Assembly: GCA_040752415.1 (NCBI GenBank)
Contig: JBFMGU010000298.1
Location: forward strand, 1-12,475
Direction of reading: 5' to 3'
Length of the DNA: 12,475 nucleotides
From: Myxococcota bacterium
GTDB lineage: Bacteria > Myxococcota > JACRCW01
Below, one piece after another: positions 7,519-12,475 of the stretch. Under the pieces are notes generated by a model. The model was not told the origin of the DNA. It did no database searches and worked only from the letters and a program-made list of their open reading frames with translations. The translations under genes were made by a program, and so were the position numbers. Within the stretch, counting starts at the first letter, position 1; the number at the start of each line of letters is the position of its first letter.

Positions 7519-8858
7519 CTGGTGGTCAAGAGCTCAAGCGCGTGCTGACACCCATCCACCTCTGGGCCATTGCGGTGGGCCTGGTCATCAGCGGGGACTA
7601 CTTCGGCTGGAACTACGGTCTCGCCAAGGGTGGGCCGGTGGGGATGATGATTGCCACGCTCGTCATCACCGTCATGTATGTGTGTTTCATCTTCAGCTAC
7701 ACGGAGCTGGCCACCGCCATCCCGCACAGCGGCGGTCCCTACGCCTTCGCGCGACGCGCCCTCGGCCCCCTGGGCGGATACATCGCGGGCTTCGCCACCG
7801 TCGTGGAATTCGTGTTTGCCCCGCCGGCCATCGCCCGGGCCATTGGCGCTTACGTGAACTTCCGCGTGCCTTCGATGTCGGTGAACGCGGTGGCCATTGG
7901 CGCGTTCTTCGTCTTTGGCATCATCAACGTGCTGGGCGTGGGCCTGGCGGCAACTTTCGAGCTCGTTGTGACGGCGGCGGCGGCCTTCGAGCTGTTCCTG
8001 TTCTTCTTCCTGACCGGGCCGCACGTCGACACCGCGCTGATCATGAGGGATCCCATGCCCAATGGCTGGAGCGGGGTGTTCGCGGCGCTGCCGTTTGCCA
8101 TCTGGTTCTATCTGGCCATTGAAGGCGTGGCGATGAGCGCAGAGGAGACGGTGAATCCGCGCAAGGACATTCCCAAGGGCTACATCGCCGGAATCCTGAC
8201 GCTGGTGGTGCTGGCGCTCGGCACGCTCACCTGCACGTCCGGCGTGCTCCCCTGGCCGGAGCTGGTGAAGGATGACTCTCCGCTTCCCAAGGCACTGGCC
8301 ACGGTGCTCTCGCCCGACCATCCCATGACGCACCTCATGGTCTACCTCGGGCTCTTCGGTCTCATCGCCAGCTTCCACGGCATCATGATGGGCTACTCGC
8401 GCCAGGTGTTCGCGCTCGCACGTGAGGACTACCTGCCGCGCTTCCTGGCGGACCTGCACCCGCGCTTCAAGACGCCGTACTGGGCGGTGATCGTGCCGGG
8501 CATCTTTGGCGCGGCGGCGGTGCTGACCGAGCGCACCGACGAGCTCATCACCCTCAGCGGCTTGGGCGCGGTGGTGCTCTACATCGTCAGCATGATCTCG
8601 CTGTTTGCGCTCAGGAAGAAGGAGCCGCAACTGGAGCGGCCGTTCATTGCGCCCATGTACCCGGTGTTCCCCGCCGTGGCCCTGGCCATTGCGCTCGTGG
8701 CGTTCGTGGCGTTCTCCATGAGCTCGCCGATGGTGCTGGGCATCTTCTTCGGAATGCTCGTATTGGGCGCGGTGCATTTCCGCTTCGTGACGCTGCCGAA
8801 GTTGCAGAAGCCCCAGGCCGCAGGTGCGTCCACGGGGTCCACGTCTGCCGCCGCCTGA
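7515..8858 (+). CDS. eat: Ethanolamine permease (APC superfamily), 447 aa
   Basis: LKRVLTPIHLWAIAVGLVISGDYFGWNYG, FIFSYTELATAIPHSGGP and FAIWFYLAIEGVAMSAEE match Eat-family motifs. About 12 hydrophobic segments. GGAGG RBS at 7504-7508. ATGA overlap with the upstream stop. Confidence 0.88.
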   Translation: MTGGQELKRVLTPIHLWAIAVGLVISGDYFGWNYGLAKGGPVGMMIATLVITVMYVCFIFSYTELATAIPHSGGPYAFARRALGPLGGYIAGFATVVEFVFAPPAIARAIGAYVNFRVPSMSVNAVAIGAFFVFGIINVLGVGLAATFELVVTAAAAFELFLFFFLTGPHVDTALIMRDPMPNGWSGVFAALPFAIWFYLAIEGVAMSAEETVNPRKDIPKGYIAGILTLVVLALGTLTCTSGVLPWPELVKDDSPLPKALATVLSPDHPMTHLMVYLGLFGLIASFHGIMMGYSRQVFALAREDYLPRFLADLHPRFKTPYWAVIVPGIFGAAAVLTERTDELITLSGLGAVVLYIVSMISLFALRKKEPQLERPFIAPMYPVFPAVALAIALVAFVAFSMSSPMVLGIFFGMLVLGAVHFRFVTLPKLQKPQAAGASTGSTSAAA

Positions 8859-8867
8859 CGACGGAAA

Positions 8868-9632
8868 CTACTGCGAAGCACCCCGCCGCGCGCGGATGGC
8901 CACGAGGAAGTGTCGCGCGATGTCCTGGTGGCCCAGGTCATTGGGATGCCCATCCGGCTGCTGCCAGTCGGGATGTTGCGCCTGCTGCTGCGGGATGTCG
9001 GCAGCGGAGGCGAGCGGGTGGCCTTGCAGCATGGTGCGCACCGCGTCGCCCTTCTCCGCGTAATCGTCGACGAGCGCGGGGTCGTAGCATTCCCCGTCCG
9101 GGCCCCGCAGGTCACCGCGGCTTCCACACGCGTACCGCTCGTCAATGGTCGGCACGCCGAACACGACGAACGCGCCCGTCGGGTCGAGCTGCTGCAGGAC
9201 CGTGTCGTAACCGTTGGCCAGTGCGTTGGCGTCGAGGCGGTCAAAGTCCGTGAACGGCAGGAACGTCACCACGTCCACGACGTTGGGCGGCCGCGGCCCC
9301 GCATCCAGCGCCTCCAGCGCGCGCGGCAGATACGTGGACTGCACCTGCGTCACGGTCTGGCCACCGCTTCCCAGGTTCACCAGTCGCGCGCCCAGCTGCG
9401 TCGCCACCAGGTTGACGTAGCGGGTTGCTTCGCGTGAAGCGCCCGCGCCCGCCGTGGACGACGAGCCGAGCGTCACCAGGGTGCGAACCGTGAGCGGCAC
9501 CGCGGCATCCTCGGTTGAGCCCGCGTCCAGGACAAGCGCGGCGTCGGTGACTGCGGCGTCGGAGGGGCCGGGCGTGGTCCCCGTGGTCCCCGCGCAACCC
9601 ACCACCATCACGACGAGCCAGAGACCTCTCAT
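8868..9632 (-). CDS. SGNH/GDSL-family hydrolase lipoprotein, 254 aa
   Basis: Signal MRGLWLVVMVVG-C; block I TLGSSSTAGAG, block II NLGSGG, block V DGHPNDLGH. Purine-rich RBS (GGAGAGG) before ATG 9632. Confidence 0.85.
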   Translation of the reverse strand: MRGLWLVVMVVGCAGTTGTTPGPSDAAVTDAALVLDAGSTEDAAVPLTVRTLVTLGSSSTAGAGASREATRYVNLVATQLGARLVNLGSGGQTVTQVQSTYLPRALEALDAGPRPPNVVDVVTFLPFTDFDRLDANALANGYDTVLQQLDPTGAFVVFGVPTIDERYACGSRGDLRGPDGECYDPALVDDYAEKGDAVRTMLQGHPLASAADIPQQQAQHPDWQQPDGHPNDLGHQDIARHFLVAIRARRGASQ

Positions 9633-9693
9633 GCGCCTCTCCCCGGACCCGCACCCGCCGGCCCTGATCCGTGCTGCGCATGTTAGCCCTTCT

Positions 9694-10149
9694 TCACAGG
9701 CTGCCCACCGTGCACTGCGTGGCCCCGCCCGACGCCACCTCCAGCGTCTGGTCCGCCGCTCCCTCCGCGCGCACGGTGTACGTCCCTGCCGCCAGCGCCG
9801 GCACGTTGCACGCCACCGGGTCCGGGATGGCGCACGCCAGCGTGCATTCGGAGCTGGACATGAACGGCGGCTGCGGCCGCTGCTCCTCGACACACTCGGT
9901 GCGCGAGAGCCCCAGCGTGATGACGGTGCCTTGAACGACCACCTCACACTGGAACTCGACGGTACCGTTGCACACGTTGCTGCATCCCGTGGGGCGGGCC
10001 TGCAACGTCAGGGCTTGCTGCGCCTCCGCCGTGGCGGGCACGCAGAACTGGTCCGTTGTGGCTTCCGCGGTGGTGCATTCCTCCGGCGCACCGCCGCAAG
10101 CGCCCAGCAGCAACAGGGAAACCGAGACCCAGCGAGCGAATGTCGTCAT
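9694..10149 (-). CDS. Cys-rich hypothetical lipoprotein, 151 aa
   Basis: MTTFARWVSVSLLLLGA-C lipobox, GGAGG 7 nt upstream of ATG 10149, 10 further Cys residues and a beta-rich LAAGTYTV motif. Confidence 0.8.
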   Translation of the reverse strand: MTTFARWVSVSLLLLGACGGAPEECTTAEATTDQFCVPATAEAQQALTLQARPTGCSNVCNGTVEFQCEVVVQGTVITLGLSRTECVEEQRPQPPFMSSSECTLACAIPDPVACNVPALAAGTYTVRAEGAADQTLEVASGGATQCTVGSL

Positions 10150-10336
10150 GGCCATGCCTCCTGCCACCCACCCAAGCACGCGGCGGGCCACCTCGTGAAA
10201 CGCGCGGGACCATGCATCCACCAGGCGCGGCAAGGAGGCGTCCGTGAGGTGGGGAAGCAGCACCTCTCAGAATGTTGAGGCCACGCCAAGGCCACGGCCA
10301 GGCTTGACCGTCACGGGGGCTTGGCTACGGCAAGGC

Positions 10337-11119
10337 ATGGCGCGTCGTCGGGAAGCGCAGGTCCGCGTGGGCTGTAGCGGTTGGGAGTACCAGGGCTGGA
10401 GCGGTCGGTTCTATCCCGAGGGGCTGAAGGTGGGCGGCCGGTTCGCGTTCTACGCCAGCGTCTTCGACACCGTCGAGATCAACAACAGCTTCTACCGGCT
10501 CCCCACCGAGTCCGCGGTGCGCTCCTGGCGCGAGCGTGCGCCGCCCGGCTTCCTGTTCGCCGTGAAGGCCAGCCGCTTCCTCACGCACATGAAGAAGCTG
10601 AAGGACCCCGCGGAGCCGCTGGCGCGGATGTTCCACGTGCTGCGCATCCTGGGTCCCACGCTGGGACCGGTGCTCTACCAGCTGCCGCCGCACTGGCGCG
10701 TGAACACCGAGCGCCTGGCCGCCTTCCTCGACGTCCTTCCCCGCGACGTCCTGCACGTCATCGAGTTCCGCGAGCCCAGCTGGTACACGCCGGAGGTGTA
10801 CGCGCTGCTGGACCGCGCCGGCGTGGCCATGTGCCTGCACGACATGCGTGGAAGCGCGGCGCCGCGGATGGTGGTGGGTCCCTGCGTGTACGTGCGCTTC
10901 CACGGCACGGAGGAGAGGTACCGCGGCGGTTATCCCGACGAGAACCTGCGCCGCTGGTCCGCGTGGATGCGCGAGCACGCGGTGCAGCAGGGCAAGGACC
11001 TGTTCGCGTACTTCAACAACGACGTGAACTGTCAGGCGCCGGGGGACGCACTGACGTTGCGTCGGATGTTGCACGGGCAACGGCCGGCGCGCGCCGCGCG
11101 GTATGCGGGGGTGGGTTGA
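10337..11119 (+). CDS. DUF72 (YecE-like) family protein, 260 aa
   Basis: VGCSGWEY..W...FYP, FDTVEINNSFYRLP, FAVKASRFLTH, LGPVLYQLPP, EFREPSW, YVRFHG and YFNND. Confidence 0.93.
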   Translation: MARRREAQVRVGCSGWEYQGWSGRFYPEGLKVGGRFAFYASVFDTVEINNSFYRLPTESAVRSWRERAPPGFLFAVKASRFLTHMKKLKDPAEPLARMFHVLRILGPTLGPVLYQLPPHWRVNTERLAAFLDVLPRDVLHVIEFREPSWYTPEVYALLDRAGVAMCLHDMRGSAAPRMVVGPCVYVRFHGTEERYRGGYPDENLRRWSAWMREHAVQQGKDLFAYFNNDVNCQAPGDALTLRRMLHGQRPARAARYAGVG

Positions 11120-11245
11120 GGCACACCTGGTATCCACCACGCGCACCCGACGCGGAGGCCGGAGGCCTGCATTTCCACGTCGTGGAGGCGGCGGGAATGA
11201 TGGAAATGCCTGGCCCAAGGTGCACGAGGTGAAGGTGGTGCGGGG

Positions 11246-12229
11246 ATGACAGGCGCGGCGCAACGCTCTAAAGACACGCTAATGATGGAAGCGGCTGCCC
11301 TTCCGGAGAACGTCCCCACGGTGCTGGTGGTTGACGACAGCCCCAGCATGCGCACCATGTTGCGGGAGATGCTGGAGCAGAAGGGCGGCGCCCGGGTGCT
11401 GGAGGCTTCCGACGGCACGGTGGCGCTGAAGCTGGTGGTTTCCGAGCAGATCGACTGCGTGCTGTGCGACGTCAACATGCCCACCATGGACGGGTACTCC
11501 TTCCTGCGCGCGGTGCGCAGCCGGCACTCCCGCCTGGAGCTGCCCGTGCTGCTGCTCACGTCGCAGGACGCGGTGTCCGACCGGGTGCAGGGGTTCAAGC
11601 TCGGGGCCTCGGACTTCCTCTCCAAGCCGGTGGCGCTGGAGGAGCTGTTGGCGCGCACGGAGACCAACATCAGCCTGGCGCGCATGTACCGGCAGATGCA
11701 GCGCATGGTCATGACCGACCCGCTCACCGGCGTGGCCAACCGCCGCCGCTTTGACGAGGCGTTGCAGGCGGAGCTCGCGCGGGCGCGACGAACGCAGCAG
11801 CAGCTCTCGTTGCTCCTGGTGGACGTCGACAAGTTCAAGTCCATCAACGACTGGTACGGACATCCCAAGGGCGATGCGGTGCTGGTCTCGCTGGCGCAGA
11901 CGCTGACCTCCGAGATGCGCTCCTACGACATCCTCGCGCGGGTGGGCGGCGAGGAGTTCGCGGTGGTGCTGCCCGGGGAGCCGCTCGCCGGCGCGGTGGC
12001 AATGGCGGAGCGCATCCGCGCGAAGGTGGAGGCCAACAGCCTTGGCGGGCTGCCGGAGGCGAACGTCACCATCTCGGTGGGCGTGACCAGCGGGCCGCGC
12101 GGTGATGACGACGACCCGCAGCAGCTCTACGCCCGGGCGGACGCGCGCCTGTACGAGGCCAAACGCACCGGGCGCAACCGCGTCTGCGTGGATGAGCCCC
12201 CGGCCGGCGAGGCTGGCGGACCGCGGTAA
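11246..12229 (+). CDS. Response-regulator diguanylate cyclase (REC + GGEEF, WspR/PleD-like)
   Basis: REC: VLVVDDS, phospho-acceptor LCDVNMP, LLT and FLSKP. GGDEF domain: TDPLTGVANRR, DVDKFKSINDWYGHPKGD, RxxD I-site (RSYD), GGEEF and YEAKRTGRN. Alternative starts at ATG 11282/11285. Confidence 0.95.
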   Translation: MTGAAQRSKDTLMMEAAALPENVPTVLVVDDSPSMRTMLREMLEQKGGARVLEASDGTVALKLVVSEQIDCVLCDVNMPTMDGYSFLRAVRSRHSRLELPVLLLTSQDAVSDRVQGFKLGASDFLSKPVALEELLARTETNISLARMYRQMQRMVMTDPLTGVANRRRFDEALQAELARARRTQQQLSLLLVDVDKFKSINDWYGHPKGDAVLVSLAQTLTSEMRSYDILARVGGEEFAVVLPGEPLAGAVAMAERIRAKVEANSLGGLPEANVTISVGVTSGPRGDDDDPQQLYARADARLYEAKRTGRNRVCVDEPPAGEAGGPR

Positions 12230-12283
12230 GGGGTTGGGGGCTGCGTCAGAGCAAGGTGGCCAATTGGGGTTGCCGACGTCGTG

Positions 12284-12472
12284 AGCGGACCACGACCTGG
12301 AGTGCGGCGGGCCCTCGCCGCCCTGGCCAGCGCCGATCGCGTTCACAACGGGCCGAACAGCCCTGGGGCTCAATGACGTCGGGCGAGGCGCGTGGACCCT
12401 TGACGGTTGTCCAAACCGCTCGACGCTGACCAGGGCGGCGAGGGCCCGCCGCACTCCAGGTCGTGGTCCGCT
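12284..12472. repeat. Long palindromic element (REP doublet / REPIN-like) downstream of the diguanylate cyclase
   Basis: Perfect 43-bp inverted repeat 12284-12326 / 12430-12472. Imperfect pairing continues inward for about 20 nt (cagcg/cgctg, cga/tcg, acaac/gttgt). Confidence 0.93.
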
Positions 12473-12475
12473 GGA

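Noticed and set aside
9633..9947. 105-aa N-terminal extension of the SGNH ORF
   Set aside because: It overlaps the Cys-rich lipoprotein gene in another frame; the RBS and signal peptide indicate ATG 9632.

Overview
GC-rich bacterial chromosomal DNA whose protein families and lipoprotein style suggest Myxococcota (inference). Ten likely genes. On +: a STAS/SEC14-like hypothetical, trmB, an ABC ATPase overlapping (ATGA) an ethanolamine-type APC permease, a DUF72 protein and a REC-GGEEF diguanylate cyclase. On -: four predicted lipoproteins (a ~980-aa TPR protein with an NlpI-like C-terminus, a diheme cytochrome c peroxidase/MauG-family protein, an SGNH hydrolase and a Cys-rich protein). Notable signals: (1) two related ~190-215 nt palindromic intergenic elements 10 kb apart, each an inverted pair of GGAG-tagged REP-like hairpins with covarying stems (REPIN-like); (2) the diheme peroxidase keeps both heme motifs but appears to lack the canonical Gln/Pro/Glu-Met distal catalytic residues; (3) two pairs of direct repeats in the first 300 nt. 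No rRNA, tRNA, CRISPR array or transposase was seen. I cannot establish a new system from sequence alone. All family calls come from motif recognition, not database searches.
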